Below, one piece after another: positions 10,870 through 24,580 of a stretch of 54,067 bases of DNA; the stretch's first letter is position 1, and each line of letters begins with the position of its first letter. Location of the stretch: NCBI GenBank assembly GCA_900088475.1, contig FLMG01001135.1, positions 1 through 54,067 on the forward strand, written 5' to 3'. The translations under genes were made by a program, and so were the position numbers. This DNA comes from Hyphochytrium catenoides. Taxonomy: Eukaryota > Protista > Hyphochytriomycota. A model generated the notes under the pieces. That model saw nothing but the letters and a program-made list of their open reading frames with translations, ran no database searches and was not told the origin of the DNA.

Positions 10870-11053
10870 AGAAAGGAACGAAGAGGGACAAAGAGAGAGA
10901 GACAAAGAGAGGAAGAGACCAAGAGACAGAGAGAGACAGAGTGAGTGAGAGAGAGAAAGAGAGGGAGAGAGAGGTGAAGAGGAAGAAGTAGTGGACAGGG
11001 AGAGACACAGAAGAGGGAAATCGAAGGTCAGGGTGAAAGAGAGATAAAGAGAG
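10870..11053. repeat. GA-rich polypurine tract in the divergent intergenic region
   Basis: Near-pure purine run with (GA)n units. Confidence 0.8.
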
Positions 11054-11450
11054 GTGTGTCCCTTCCTAGATTCGTTTGAGTGGTGGCTGTGAGTCGAGCA
11101 CTAAGCGGTCCGTAAAAATCTTCTCTAACCACCGAAGTCCTTGACTGCTGTCTTCATAGTGCGAGGTACCACTTTGACGTAACGGCCGTCTATAGTCGAC
11201 ATCGCCGTTATCACTTTGGCTGCACGTACCGGCCTTCTTGACTTACCTCTTTGCAGCCTCAGCTAGTGAGCTGCAACCTCTGCCGCCAATTGTGTTTGTT
11301 TGACGGTTCGGATACGCATTCAATCTGGTGGTCAATATCTTTTGGTGGGCTTGCTGGGTAACGCTAGAAGCCCGGACCACAGGAAGAGCGTCATTATCAC
11401 TTTGCCGTCTCACGCAGCAGAGCCTTCGCAAACTCCAACGCAGCGAAGAC

Positions 11451-14400
11451 ATGGCTACCGACATCGCCCCTATTGACGAAGTTTCCCCTGCTTCTGAGCC
11501 CATTAGGTATGGGGGTCAGCCTTCCTTCCTCTTTCCCTCTTTTCCTTGTAAATGTCGATTTGGTTCAAGCGACCTCGCAGCCTATTGGCATCTGCTGCCA
11601 CTGCCTTCGACGTCCGTACCGTTTCTGTTCTTTATATGTACCTGCTTCTCTTCCTTTCTTGACACGTGTGCTCCTTCGACGACTGCAGCGCTACAAAGTC
11701 TAAGTCTACTGTCAGCAAAAATGCAGTGGTGGTGGACACGCAGGTGCTGGCCAAGAAGGAGGAGAAACCCCCTCCCACAGCTACCTTTCGAGAGCTATTT
11801 CTCTTCGCCGACTCTCTGGACTATTGTCTCATAGCGATGGGGTGCCTGGCAGCCGCCGCCGCCGGAGCATGCATGCCACTTTTTGCACTAATCTTTGGTA
11901 CGCCCTCCGCCCCTATACTGGATTACTGGCTCAAGGCTCTACTTCTTTCGCCTCAAACATGTCGTCCTCATTCTCTACCTTTAATCTGTTCCTTTTAGGC
12001 TATAACCCCTTTATAACCGTTTATCTTTCTTCTTCCTCCTGCCCTCCCTCTTTCTCTCTCTCTCTCTCTCTTTTGCAACTTCTTTTCTTAATTGGTTGTC
12101 TACTTCCCCTCATCTTGTACGTCCTCGCAGCCTCTGTTGCCAAATGCCTCTTGCAATCAGACTCATCTCTTGTACTATTGTCTAGGTCAAGCCATCGACG
12201 CGTTTGTGCCGTTTGTGGACATGGACAAGGTGTTCAACATATCTATGAGCCTGTTCGGTCTTGCTATCGGTGTCTTCAGCGCCGGATTCGTGCAGTACAG
12301 CACCTTCGCTATCACATCCGAGAGACAGATGAAGGCACTCAGGAAGGCTTGTCTTACCTCTGTGCTCTCTCAAGAAATGGCATGGTTTGATTCCCAGTTG
12401 CCAGGAACTCTGGCTGCCAGGATTGCAGGGTGAGACAGGACCTAACTCTCCCTCTTCTATGTCTCTCTCTCTCTCTGTCTCTCTCTCTCTTTTATTCTCT
12501 CTCTCTCTACGAGCTCAGTTATCCTGTATTGCTACTTACTCATCCGACATACCTTTAACTCGTTCTTATCTCCTGCTGGCCGGTCTCTTACCTCATGTCT
12601 TTTTGCATCTGGGCGACCGTAGGGACGCGCTTGTCATTCAAGAGGGTATCAGCGTGAAGCTGGGTCAGCTCGTGCAGTTTACAAGTGGATTCATCGCTGG
12701 CTTTGTCATCGGCTTTCTCAAAGGCTGGGAGCTCGCGCTCGTGATGTGCGCTAGCATGCCAATCTTGGCTGTCTGCATGGGGATGCTTTTTAAGATGATG
12801 GGCAGGATGACGGAGAGGGGGCAAGAGGCATACGCAAAGGTGAGAAGGGACGTAGGTTGTGGAGCCGGGAAGAAAGGACAAGTTCGTGGAGGCGCAAGGA
12901 AAGAAAGGAAGCTCTGCTTCTTCTGCAAGAGCCTCTACATCCGCCCAACAGCTCTGCCGGGATGAACTCTTCTCCTTCTCTTAGGTGGTCTGATTTGCTC
13001 CCCTCTGTCTGTGTCTTTGTGTTAGGCTGGTGCCATCGCAGAGGAGACGCTATCCTCAATGCGCACCACCGCTGCGTTGAATGGAGAGCAGGAAGCAGTC
13101 TCTAAGTACAGCGCTGTGCTAGGTGAAGCCGAAAAAGTGCTCATCAAATCCGGAATCTGGCAGGCGGCTGGCTTGGGAATGACCATCTCTATGATATTCT
13201 ACACATACGCCCTTGGGTAGGTGGGAAAGGATGGTTAGCGCGTGCTTTATCTTCAAGTGTACCGTCTCTTACTCTCGCGTTCTCTTTCTAGCTACCTAGA
13301 GCATCTCTTGTTCTCTCTCTCTCTCCTCCTTTGCGTATATACCTACTGGCCCTTCGCTAACACTGTGTCTCAGGCTAGTTGAGACCGTATATCTCACTTC
13401 CTCTAGCGCATTGACGATTCCTTCATATGCTAACTTGTCTCTGTCACTGCTGCCCTTCCCTTGTCTTCTATCCTTCCTACAGCATGTGGTACGGCGGCAA
13501 AATGGTATCAGACAGCCTGAAGGGTGACGGCAGCACCAGTCCCGGGGACGTGTTCTCGGTCTTCTACGCCGTGATGATGGGCTCGATGTTCTTGGGTCAA
13601 GCCGGCCCCAACATGAACGCTATTGCAAGCGCAAAGGGCGCAGCAGCCAACATCATCTCCATTTTGAAGAGGAAGCCAGAGATCAACGCTCTTGATACAT
13701 CAGGAGAGAGACCTGAGACCTGCAAGGGAAGAGTGGAGTTCAAGGATGTTACATTCTTTTACCCTTCTAGACCTGACGTGAAGATTCTTCGTGGTTATAA
13801 TCTCACGATAGAGGCAGGAGAGACGGTGGCACTTGTGGGAGGAAGCGGCGGCGGTAAATCGACGATAGTCTCCCTCTTGGAGCGGTTCTATAACCCTCAA
13901 GAGGGAGAGATCTTCTTGGACGGCCAGAACATTAAGAAGCTGAACCTACATTGGCTGAGGTCCCAGATGGGCCTAGTGGGTCAAGAGCCAATTCTCTTTG
14001 CGGCTTCAGTGCTTGATAACATTCGCTATGGAAGGCCAGGAGCTACCAGGGAGGAGGTGGAACAGGCGGCGAGGAGCGCCAATGCCTATGACTTTATACA
14101 GAACTTTCCAAAGGGCTTCGACACCTTTGTAGGAGAGAAAGGAATTCAGCTTTCTGGAGGTGTGAAAGCTTCCTTTTAGAGCTCTCTCTGTCTCTTCCTG
14201 TCTCTCTCTTTCTCTTTTTCTCTCTCACCCTATCTCTCTCTCTCTCTCTCTTTCCCTCCTCCTCTCTCGCTCATATCTCTCTCTCTGTCTCTCCCTTCTT
14301 TCCCACTCTTTCCCCCATCTCTCTCTTGGGTTGTGCTCTGGATCTCTCAAGATAATCAGTGTGTCCCTGTCCGACTCATCTCTGGGGCAATATTCCTTCG

Positions 14401-17400
14401 CTATCAGCGCTCGCTCCCACTCAATCCTCTACTCCTGTTCCTACGGCATGCCCTCTGCGTTCGATTCCCTTAATGTCTTGTCCTCATTGATATCTTGTGG
14501 CTGACCCGTCTATCTGTGTACGGCGTTGCAGGTCAGAAGCAAAGAGTTGCAATCGCTCGGGCCATTCTGCGCGACCCTACGATTTTACTGCTCGGTGAGT
14601 CTGCTCTGTGAGCTTTCTAGACAAGAGTGTATGCTGATCAGGTTCTTTTTATCCTCGTTATGACCCCTATCTCTCTGATCTCCATCTCTTCGACGTTGCT
14701 GTCTTTCCTGCTAAACGTAACAGATGAAGCCACCAGTGCTCTGGACAATGAGTCCGAGGTGAGTCAAGATATTTTTGGCCTTTCAGGGATCACACCTATC
14801 GCTCAAGTTTGCTGCTCGTCCATGAAGATACTTGCTGCTTTTGTCTGTTTGCATCCTCTCTCTTCTTTGTCATGCAGATGTCTCTCTCCCATGGCTCTCT
14901 CCTCTCCGTCTCTTCTTCTCCAAACATCTCCCTCACTTGATATAGCCCACTACCTTGTTTCTGACCCGTCCCCTTATTTCCCGTGCAGCGAGTGGTCCAA
15001 GAAGCCCTCGATCGCCTTGTCAGAACCAAGAAACGCACTACAATCGTCATCGCTCATCGCCTGTCTACGATTCGGAACGCTCATCAGATCGCAGTGGTAA
15101 AGGACGGGGCCATAGCGGAGAAGGGGACACATGACGAACTAATGGGACGTGAAGGAGGACTCTATCAGCAGCTGGTGGCAGCTCAGGAGGCAAAGAAGAA
15201 GGATGCGCTCTCCCCTGTCTCCTCCCCTGCTAATAAGGCACCCATATCTCCTTCGGACCCCGCCTCTCTCCCTGCTACTCCATTGGAGACGAAAAGCGAC
15301 ACCGCTCCAGTATCGGCTTCCGTCACTAACGTACCGGCCCTTCCAACAAAGAAAGAGGAGAGTAGTGGCTCTAAATCTTCACCAGCGCCGGAGTTCAGCA
15401 TGAGCCGTCTTTGGGCTCTGAACAGGCAAGAGCGAGGGTACTTAGTCATCGCGTACCTTGGAGCAGCTCTGCAAGGGTTCACGTTTCCTCTTTCAGCTCT
15501 CCTGATCGCAGAGATTTTGGGAGTGATGCAGACCTACTATGGAGATCCCGACCGCCTCTACTCTAAAGTCTCTCACCTCTCTTCTCTCTACGTTGCGCTC
15601 GGAGCTGGGTGCTTCGTGTCTATGTTTGGCATGCTCGCGGGCTTTAACGTGATGGGTGAGAGGCTCACCACGAGGCTGAGGGACATGACCTTCAAAGCCA
15701 CAGTGAGGCAAGATATAGGTATGGAAGGGAACAGCAAAAGCGAATTTAGACTGCTACACTGCTAGGGAAGAGGCCGTCCGGATACTAGAGCAATAGGAGA
15801 ATTTGAGAGACAGTTAGCTATATGGAGAAAGAGAGAGAGAGAGAGAGAGAGTCAAGGCAAAGAAAAAACTCTTAGTGTGCTAATCTGAGATCATCTTCTG
15901 CAGGCTTCTTTGACCAAGAGAAGAACAACACGGGTGCGCTTTGCTCTCGTTTGTCAACGGACGCCACGCTTGTGAAGGCAATTGCAGGGGAGAATCAGGG
16001 CAGAATGGTGCAGACAATCTTCACCTTTGCTATCGCCCTCGTTATCGCCTTTGCGATGGGAAGCTGGCAGTTGACACTCGTCATTCTTGCTCTCCTTCCT
16101 CTTCTCGTGGCTGGTTCGATGCTACAGATGAGAGTGATGCACCGCTCTTCCAACGCCACTCAGCAAGGTCAGGAGGAGAGTGGAAAGATAGCCAATGAGT
16201 CCATTAGTGCAATCCGGACGGTCGCCGCCTTTTCCCTTGAAGAGACATTTCTCGCATCCTATGAGGTCTCTCTTCTTCAACCAATGAAAGAAGGCTTCCA
16301 TAGAGGTTTGGTTGGGGGCGCCAGTGCTGGAGCAAGCCAGTTGGTGATGTTTGGTGGCTATGCGCTGGTCTTCTACTACGGAGGGACGCTTATAAGAGAC
16401 GGAACCGTTACTTTTGAGGAGATGATGAAGAGTCTGATGGCAATTATGATGGCAGCACAGGGCATGGGGCAGACGGCCTCTTTTATGGGGGATACAGCTA
16501 GAGCGAAGGCAGCCGCAGGAGACATTTTTGCTCTAGTTGACAAAGTCCCTCCCATTGATTCCTTCTCGTCAGAAGGGGAGAAGCCCGACGTAGTGAGAGG
16601 AGAGATAGAGGCGAAGGGAGTGACTTTCTCCTTCCCTACGCGGCCTGAAGTGCAGATCCTTCGCAACTATAACCTGAAGATAGAGGCAGGGGAGACGGTA
16701 GCGCTTGTAGGAAGCAGCGGAGGCGGAAAGAGCACATTGATCTACCTACTGGAGCGCTTCTATGACCCTCAGAGCGGCTCCATCTACTTGGATGGCAGGG
16801 ATATCCGGTCTCTGAGCCTTCACTGGCTTCGCTCTCAGATTGGGCTTGTCAGCCAGGAGCCCATACTCTACGCAGGAACCATAGCAGAGAACATTGCAGC
16901 CGGAAAGCCCGGTGCCAGTCAGGAAGAGATAGAAGAGGCAGCCAAGAAAGCGAACGCCTTTGCCTTTATCCAGAACTTCCCAGATAAATTCCAGACACAG
17001 GTGGGCAACAAGGGCACACAGCTCTCAGGAGGACAGAAACAGCGCATTGCTATCGCCCGTGCGATCATCAAGGATCCGTCTATTCTTCTGCTTGATGAGG
17101 CAACCTCGGCCTTGGATAGTGAGAGCGAGGTAAGAAGAGGAGCTTGTTCTTTTGTCTGCAATCCTTTTCTTCCATCTCGACAGCCGTATCGTCTATCCCA
17201 ACAGTCTCCCCTCCGTTTATTGCGATTCTTGTCTGACGCTCCCCTTTATCTCTCTCTTTCTCTCAGCGTGTGGTCCAGGAGGCGCTTGACAAGCTCCTTC
17301 AGATGAAAAAGCGGACAACCCTCGTCATTGCTCATCGTCTTTCGACCATAATCAACTCAGACAAGATTGCTTTCATTCACAAGGGCAACGTGGCAGAGCT

Positions 17401-17476
17401 AGGAACCCATGCAGAGCTACTGGAGAAGAAAGGACTGTATGCCAAGCTCTATGAGGAGAAGAGTTCCTTGGAGTAA
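11451..17476 (+). CDS. ABCB1: Full-length ABCB1/MDR (P-glycoprotein) transporter, TMD-NBD-TMD-NBD
   Basis: Walker A GGSGGGKS and GSSGGGKS, Q-loops QEP, signature LSGGQKQR twice, Walker [12 protein letters not shown] twice, IAHRLSTI twice, two 6-TM blocks. ATG at 11451, stop at 17476. Confidence 0.95.
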
Positions 17477-18166
17477 CACTCATGCAACAGTCATAAAACT
17501 TAGAAAGGCTTTCTGGATATCTAAAAGAGAGTAAAACTTTGCCTTTTGTGTCGGCCGAGGTATAAGGAAGACTTGTTTGTCACACCGTCCATTACTGGGA
17601 GTCTGTCATAAGCATGTACAAATTACAGGCGAAGAAAGGATAAGAAGAGCAAAAAGTACCTGGAGCAAGAGATAGGAGACTTCTAGGAAGGGCGGCACAG
17701 AAGTGGCGATAGGGAGATAGAACAGAAAGCTATAGTAGAGCAGGAGAGAAAAGTGAGAGCAAAGAGAGAGATTTGAGAGGGAAACGAGAGAAAAGAGGGG
17801 AAAGGAACAAAGAAACACTGACCCAGAGAGAGAGAGATATACAGAGAGAGAGACGTACCATAGTCTTCAATGGGTAGGTAGCGATAGTGCATCTTAGAAA
17901 GAAGGTTGGCGAGAGAGGAAGAGGGAGAAAGAGAGATATAGGTAGCGGGAGAAGAGAGAGCGATGTAGTGAGGTGGGTAAATAATTAGTTAGGGGTTGTG
18001 AGACAGAGAGGTGCAGCCCAAGAGAGACGAGAAAGCAGCTTCTTTTTTTTTATCTTTCTTTTGATTCCACGGTAACTTCACGGTACAGTGTACGTTAGGG
18101 TACTTTGAGAGAGAGCGAGGACAGAGAGACAAGAGATGATAAGACTAACATAGACCTAAACTATCG

Positions 18167-19882
18167 CTAGTGCAGAGCGGGGTCTTGATAGTAAATTTCT
18201 CCATGAAAGAGCTGCCGAAATGCTGTGACCATCTGCTTTTGATCATCCACGTGCGACACACCATGACCGTCGGCCAGCATCACAAGCCAAAAGCCGCACC
18301 ATCGATGAAAGTTGAACTCCTCTGCAGGATCATCAGCATTGGTTAGGAGCTTGATCATCTCCCTCGTCAAGTGCAACGCGTTTTCCTCCCGTTGTCCTGC
18401 GTTCCTAAGGGCATGAATCATGTCCTCCGCCGTTATAAAGCCGTCTCCATCCGTGTCCATAGCCTTAAAAACTTGATAAATCGCCGTCTTATGCTCCATC
18501 TCCCACTTGGCGAAGAACTCCATAGCAGCATCCACTGTCACCTGCATGTCCGTCTTCATCCCTAGAGGAATCTCTAGTGGTTTCCCCGTGCTAGGTCTGC
18601 AATCTTCAAGGTGCAACGTAACAAAGCGGACGGCATCCGGGTCAGGTGAAGGTTCATACTCTTGTCGAATCCTAGCTGGAGATCCTGTCTGTGGGTCCAA
18701 CATGTAAATAAAGCGCTTTCCTTGATCAAAGTCTGTGATGTAAGTCACGAACTGAAGTCCTCTTATCCTTTGAGACTTCTTCTCTGTTACCCTCCGCGCG
18801 GAAGGGCTTCTCGTGACTGCGGCGTAGATGTCAAACATCTCTGAAATCTCTACGAAGCTGGTGAGCTTCTTATACTCGTCTGACTCAGGATTGAGACTGA
18901 GTGCGTACTCTCGGTATTGTTGCAGTCGGCCGTCTTTATGTGCCACCCACTTGCACGTGCATCCTGACTTATTCAAGATGACAAGCTCCACGTCGTCGCC
19001 AGAGCTGAGGAACTCCACCCTGATGTCCGCGCCATGAATAGCTAAGGCTGCCGACGGGGTGACCCCTACCTCGGGAATCTCAAGTTTCACCTACACCTCT
19101 CATCAGTCACGAGCACAGTGAATGGAGAAGTACAATGACAAACAGCAAGATAATTAAAGCAAACTTCGATGATAAGCTGGAAGTGTTAGACTCTGCGAGA
19201 AGCGGCTCACCTTGCATCGAATATTGCGGAGAACGTCTGGTAGAAGCCGGGAAGCTGATGGACCCAAAAGGCTTGCTCCATCGACGCTGCCGTGTGTCAA
19301 TGCCTGGAACAGAAGTCTTCTGGCTTCTTCTGAGAGCTGCCGGCGCAACAGCGGACTAGGACTTACGGCCGGCATGTGGCCTATCTCTGTGAGAGCTATC
19401 CCTTAGTTTATGAGAGTGAGCAACTGAAGCCCGTTATCTTCTCGGTCTTGCCAAAAGTTCACCTCGTCTGTCGGCTGAAGCTCTAACTGTAAGCCAGCTC
19501 TAGAAACTCTCTTCAGCTTTCTCTTAGTAGCTCTGCCGCAGATGAATCAGCGGGAGGCTAATGCGGGAAATCAAAAGATTGGTGCGATAGACAGAGCGAG
19601 GAGATGTTCTGTTCTGCGGGGATAGAGAAGAAAAGCTGAGAGAAGAGAAATAGAGACAAGAGACGGCGAGCTCCGTCAGATAGAGGTAGGTTAGAGCCAG
19701 AGTATGAGGGAGAGGGCCATAGTTAGCGACTACACTGCTATCAAGGCTGAGACAGAGGAAGCAAGAGATAGACCTTCCAAACTATGAAGTTGATGGTATT
19801 CTTGAGTTCCAATGCGGGTGGAGAGCCTGAGAGGAGAGAAGGAGAGAGAGGGAAAGAGAGAGAGACAGAGAAAAAAAAAAAG

Positions 19883-19927
<45 letters not shown>

Positions 19928-20288
19928 CTGCACTGTGGAAGACAGAAAGAAGGCCAACGAAACCAGAAACTGCCATCACCACAGACCTTCCCCAGTACTG
20001 CAGAAGCATCAAAGCGGAATTGGCCACCCACATACTGAAGGGACTACTACAACGCACACAGACTATTATAGAACTTGGGGCGTGTCAAAAGTCTTCAATA
20101 TCCGAAGATATGCCTTCTAGTAGCTGAGATACCAACCGACTGGCCAATAATTGCTTCAGATCTTCCTTAACTCTCGCCGCTAGACCCACACTTCTCTGAT
20201 GGTATTTGACCCGTTGTCTTCCTTCTTCAGCTTTGCGTGTGCCTTCGTCATCTGTCGAGGAGTTTGAATCTCTTCCCAATGCCAGCAT
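18167..20288 (-). CDS. EF-hand calcium-binding protein of unknown function
   Basis: Long terminal exon (18167-19090) with the canonical EF loop DTDGDGFITAED and a degenerate second hand. Upstream phase-compatible exons can be threaded back to ATG 20288 with lower certainty. Confidence 0.7.
19829..19923. repeat. Intronic (GA)n microsatellite with poly-A run
   Basis: Perfect (GA) run of about 38 bp following an A11 run. Confidence 0.9.
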
Positions 20289-20912
20289 CAGCTCATGATA
20301 GTCTCTTCGTTAGTCAAGCTCAGCACGCCAGATCTTTTCTGTCTCCACCTCTGCTGCCTTGCTGCCTCTCACTTGACGATGTCACGGCACTGCACTATTA
20401 GGGTGGTCTGAGAAGCTAGCCAGCAAGACAGCTAGCAGCCTCCTTCCTTCTGCCTGGTCTGCTCGTTGGACAGTCTGTGGGAGGAGTAGCGCCAATAAGT
20501 TATGATGAGTAAGGGAAGACGTTATTGGCCTAGGATGTAGGGCCCCTGCCTGCCTCTTACACTTCCCCCCTCTCTGTCTACATGTACAGGTACCCGCATC
20601 CTGGTACTAAACCATTGCTGGTGACCATTCCAGATTCCGCGTCTTCTCTCTTCTTCTCTCACTCTCTTCTTCTCTCTCTGTCTTCTTCGCTCTCTCTCTC
20701 ATTTTCTGTCTCTCTCTCTCTCTTTGTCTCCCTTTTTGTCTCTCTCTTTCTCGTGCTCGGTCAGAGACTTGCTTCTGCTAAGCCGGTTGGACAATATTTG
20801 CGGACTTCTTTCCTCCGTCTATCTTTATCTCTTTATCTCTCCTCTTTGTGCCCAGATTAAACTGTCGAGCTCAAACACTCGACGATAGTTACAACGAGTC
20901 CTATCATTTAGC

Positions 20913-23429
20913 ATGGCCATGAAGAATGATGATCAGAATGTTCCACTAAGCCCCAAGTTGGCCCATGTCCGACCTCCTCCTAGCAACCTTCCTTCAGAGT
21001 ATGAGTTGCTAATTATAGCACCGTCCTTCCGAGACGGAGAACGATGCGGAAAGATGATCCTTTCTGCGTTAAAAACTGCAGATCACCCCGAGAGGCTACG
21101 CTTTGCCTTTATTGACCAGGTAGGAAGACAACTATAAGGAGTAGATGGAGACACCTTGGTAAGGACAGGGAAGAGACTCAAAGGAAGACATTATTTAGAA
21201 GGATGGTGTGATCCACCTTATGAACATGAGGAGTTACGTATGTGGTTGGCAAAGAAGCACATACTTGGAGATGGGACGGCGCCTGTAACTTCCCCATCAG
21301 CAATTTCTGGTGTAAATGCCCGTAGAAGGTTCCTTTTTACAATGTATCCTCTAGAGGCTGAGCATGTTACCTCTTCATCCTCTGTCTGCAGGTCCTTCCC
21401 GAGGATGCAACATGCGTTGAAGTCTACTGCAGACTTGCTAAAGCTGAAGGCTTCAGCGTCAGGGGAGAGGAGAGAGGAGACGAGCACTGTCCCTATGTGG
21501 AGCGGATAAAGTTTGAAAAGGTGGATGCACTGGAGTCGAAAGGTAAATGAGGGTTAATTGTGAACTTCCGCCCGAAGAACATCAATGAGAAGGGAAGAAG
21601 GAGAAGTCACAGAAGCTTAGCAGAGACACTTGATGCGATGTTTACAAAGGTAGAATCTCAATCGCTTCTTGCTGCAGGACCCATGGTTGCTCGGGCACGC
21701 GCGCAAAAGTTGGTCGGAAAGGAAGAGTTCTGCCTGTCGATCGACTGTCACTCGACTTTTACGGAGCACTGGGACTCCATCATTCTGAAGCAGTGGCTCA
21801 GTGTTGGGAACGAAATGGCAGTCCTCAGCGCCTATCCGCCACCCATAGGAGGCTCCTCTCCCACTATGTCCTACTACATGTGCGAGGTGATCTCCCTTAC
21901 TTAGAAAGTCCCACTGTCTCCAACCGCTTTGTCTTTCGCATTGCACCCTAGTGCGGCACTTCTTGCGGCCAGCACTTGACTATCTGCTCATCACTCTCGC
22001 ATTAGATAGTCCGCAACTCAATGCTTCTTGCCGTAGAGCTCTTCTAGGGAGATTGTGGTCTGCGGTCCTTAAGGCTTTCTTCTGAGAGTGACCTATACTT
22101 GAAATTTAGCCACTACGTGCTCAGTACAGTGCAACGCCATATACTTTTTTCGATTTCTGCCTTAACGCTTTGCCCCTCCCTTAGGTAGTCTCTTCCAAAA
22201 GTGGCGTAGGAGAGGGCTTCGTGCGAATGTCGAGTCCTCACCGAGTTAAGTCGACTCTTCCTCTCCTGCAGCCTTACTGGGGAGCTGGCTTCTCTTTCTC
22301 TAAATGTCATGCGGAACGACGCGTGCCCATAGATCCTCTTACTGACTGGGTGTTTGATGGGGAGGAGTTCAGTCGCGCATTGAGTTTGTGGACTAATGGC
22401 TATGATATGTATGGGCCGCAACATATCCCTATCGAACATGACTACAACCCCGTCCCGCACAATGTATACCAGAGATACGCAACGGTAAGGGTCGCCATCA
22501 TTCTTCAATCTTCTTCCTCTCTACTCGTTTGATTTTCCGTCATCGATGGCTCTCTTCCTTCGGTTTTATACTATTGCTTTGGTCAGTCCATTGTCTCTTG
22601 CGCTTGACGGTAGATGGGCACACTTCTCCGTTGTCATTTACTCTGCTATCACCTACTTTGACCGTTCCGAGGTCACTGGCTGCAATTGTAGTAGCTAGGG
22701 AGAGCTTCCTCAGAATGCCGCACTACTTGTAGAGTGTTTCCTTCATTGTTGAGAAGCTCGTGCTTAAAGCTCTTCCCTCCCTGACCCTAGTTGAAATTGG
22801 ATTTCGTCATACAGCTTTTTCTGAGCTCCTTGAATACCTAGTTGTGCTGGCCCTGCTCACCTCTAACCCTACTTTTGGCTTCGATATTCTGTCAGGTAAA
22901 CGCAGAGAAAAATGTAGCGGACGGTAAGAGGGCAATCAACCGTCTGAAGCTGCAGGCTGGTGTTCCCTTCGATGAGAGAGTAAACACGACGGACATCTCC
23001 CTCTATTCTCCAGGAACAGTGCGGACAGTTGCTCAGTATAAGGCATTTTCGGGTGTCAACGTTCTCCAACCGGATAATTCGGAGAGCAACTGCGGAAAAG
23101 TGCTACACTGGATGCCCTACGATGACGTCAGGCCCCTACACGCACTGCCTGGGATCAAAGATTGGCTTCGGCAGTATGAAGCAGCCAGATGTCAGGAACA
23201 GAACAGAGAAGAAGGGTTGCGGGAGAAGGATAGGGAAGCGGAGGTCCTACAATTAAGAGGGATGGCAACACGAGGGCCAACGTTAGAAGTGGCCTGGAAC
23301 AGTGGAGCCTGGCTTTTGCTAGGCGCTATGCTAGCCATTGGCTTTCTTCTCTGGCGAAAACGCCATATGGCACCACAGTCTGTGCGCAGGGCCCTTGGTC
23401 TTTCCAAGCCGCCTTCCAGCGTCCTCTAG
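20913..23429 (+). CDS. GT60-family GlcNAc-transferase (Skp1-hydroxyproline Gnt1/Gnt2-like, Pfam GlcNAc) with C-terminal TM helix; true start probably further upstream
   Basis: Motifs IAPSFRDGERCG...ADHPERLRFAFIDQ; GPMVARARAQKL...CLSIDCHSTFTEHWD; VLSAYPP; QPYWGAGFSFSKCHAE...WVFDGEEFSRALSLWTNGYD; TM segment AWLLLGAMLAIGFLLW followed by RKR. Confidence 0.88.
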
Positions 23430-23494
23430 AGCTGTCAGCACTAGGATTAGCCCAAGACTAGGCAGATGTTTCTAAATTATTCTTATCAGGGCAG

Positions 23495-24580
23495 ATTGCG
23501 CCTCTCGTTCCCCTCCTCAGTCCTGGGTCTTCTCTCTCACTGTGTTTCTTTCCTTTTATCTATGCATAAGACCGCTCTTTCGTCCTCAACTTCAAAAGCC
23601 TAGCACACACCCGCTTTATTGAAAGAGCAGAACCGCCAGATGACAGAAGCCTTGTTCAGAGGAAGTGTAGCTTCGTCGTGGCGCTAGCGACCTCAAGAAG
23701 TGTCTGTACAACCCACCCAGACCACTAAGCCTGAGGTCTTCTGACTCTCTTAGTGCTTCGCTTTCATCTCTTCATGCGTTGACATAACTCAGCATGCGCA
23801 CATCCTTGGCACTTCCAGAAGGGCAACTGAAGCGCCGCGTCTGGCCTACATGCAGACCATTGTTGCTCTATCCGCATGCTCTAGCGTCCCGGAGACAGCT
23901 CTCAGACTTCGCCGTGGGTCTCTATGTTTCTCCCCCATAATCTGCGGCACTCTCCTCCTGGCTTCTTATCAACTCTTACGATTCTCTCTTAGTACACGCC
24001 TTGCTCTCCCTCTCTCTGTCTGCGCCTGTTACAATATCTCTTGCCTCTGTCCCTCTATGTCTCTGTCTCTATCTGTCTTTGTCTTTAGCGCTCGGGCTCC
24101 TGACACATATCTCTCCGATCTCTGTCTATTATTTGTCATTCTTTATCCTATTTTGCCCCCTGCCTTTCTCTGCTCTGTCTGTCTCATTCTCCTCTTCCTC
24201 TGTCTCTGCCCCTCTCTGTCTCCCTATTTATTGTCCTTAGCGGATCTTTGCATCAATGAAGAGAAGCCCCACAGGACGGAACCTATTATTATCCTTTAAG
24301 CCCTCGTAAATATCCTCATCTCCTGGCCCTTCTATGTATTACCACGACTTTCCCTTAGCCCCTCCCCCACCAAACTCTGTCTATTCCTCTCAACAACACC
24401 ATGCTCTCTTGGTCTACCTCGCGGCCTAGGATTAGCAAACGTCTCGGCCAACCTAGCCCAACCCCATTCAGGGTATCATGGTTAGCCCCAGTATCATCTA
24501 AAAGAGTTGGGCAGATCGCCCAAGTCAACGAACTTACAGGTAACCTGGGTCTCTTGGGTGTTAGGTGGAATATGTTCTAG
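23495..24580 (-). CDS. Possible small multi-exon hypothetical gene
   Basis: Phase-compatible short exons can be threaded (RLAETFANPRPR|EGPGDEDIYEGLKDNNR|PDAALQLPFWKCQGCAHAE|HFLRSLAPRR). No recognisable domain and no clear start codon. Confidence 0.25.
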
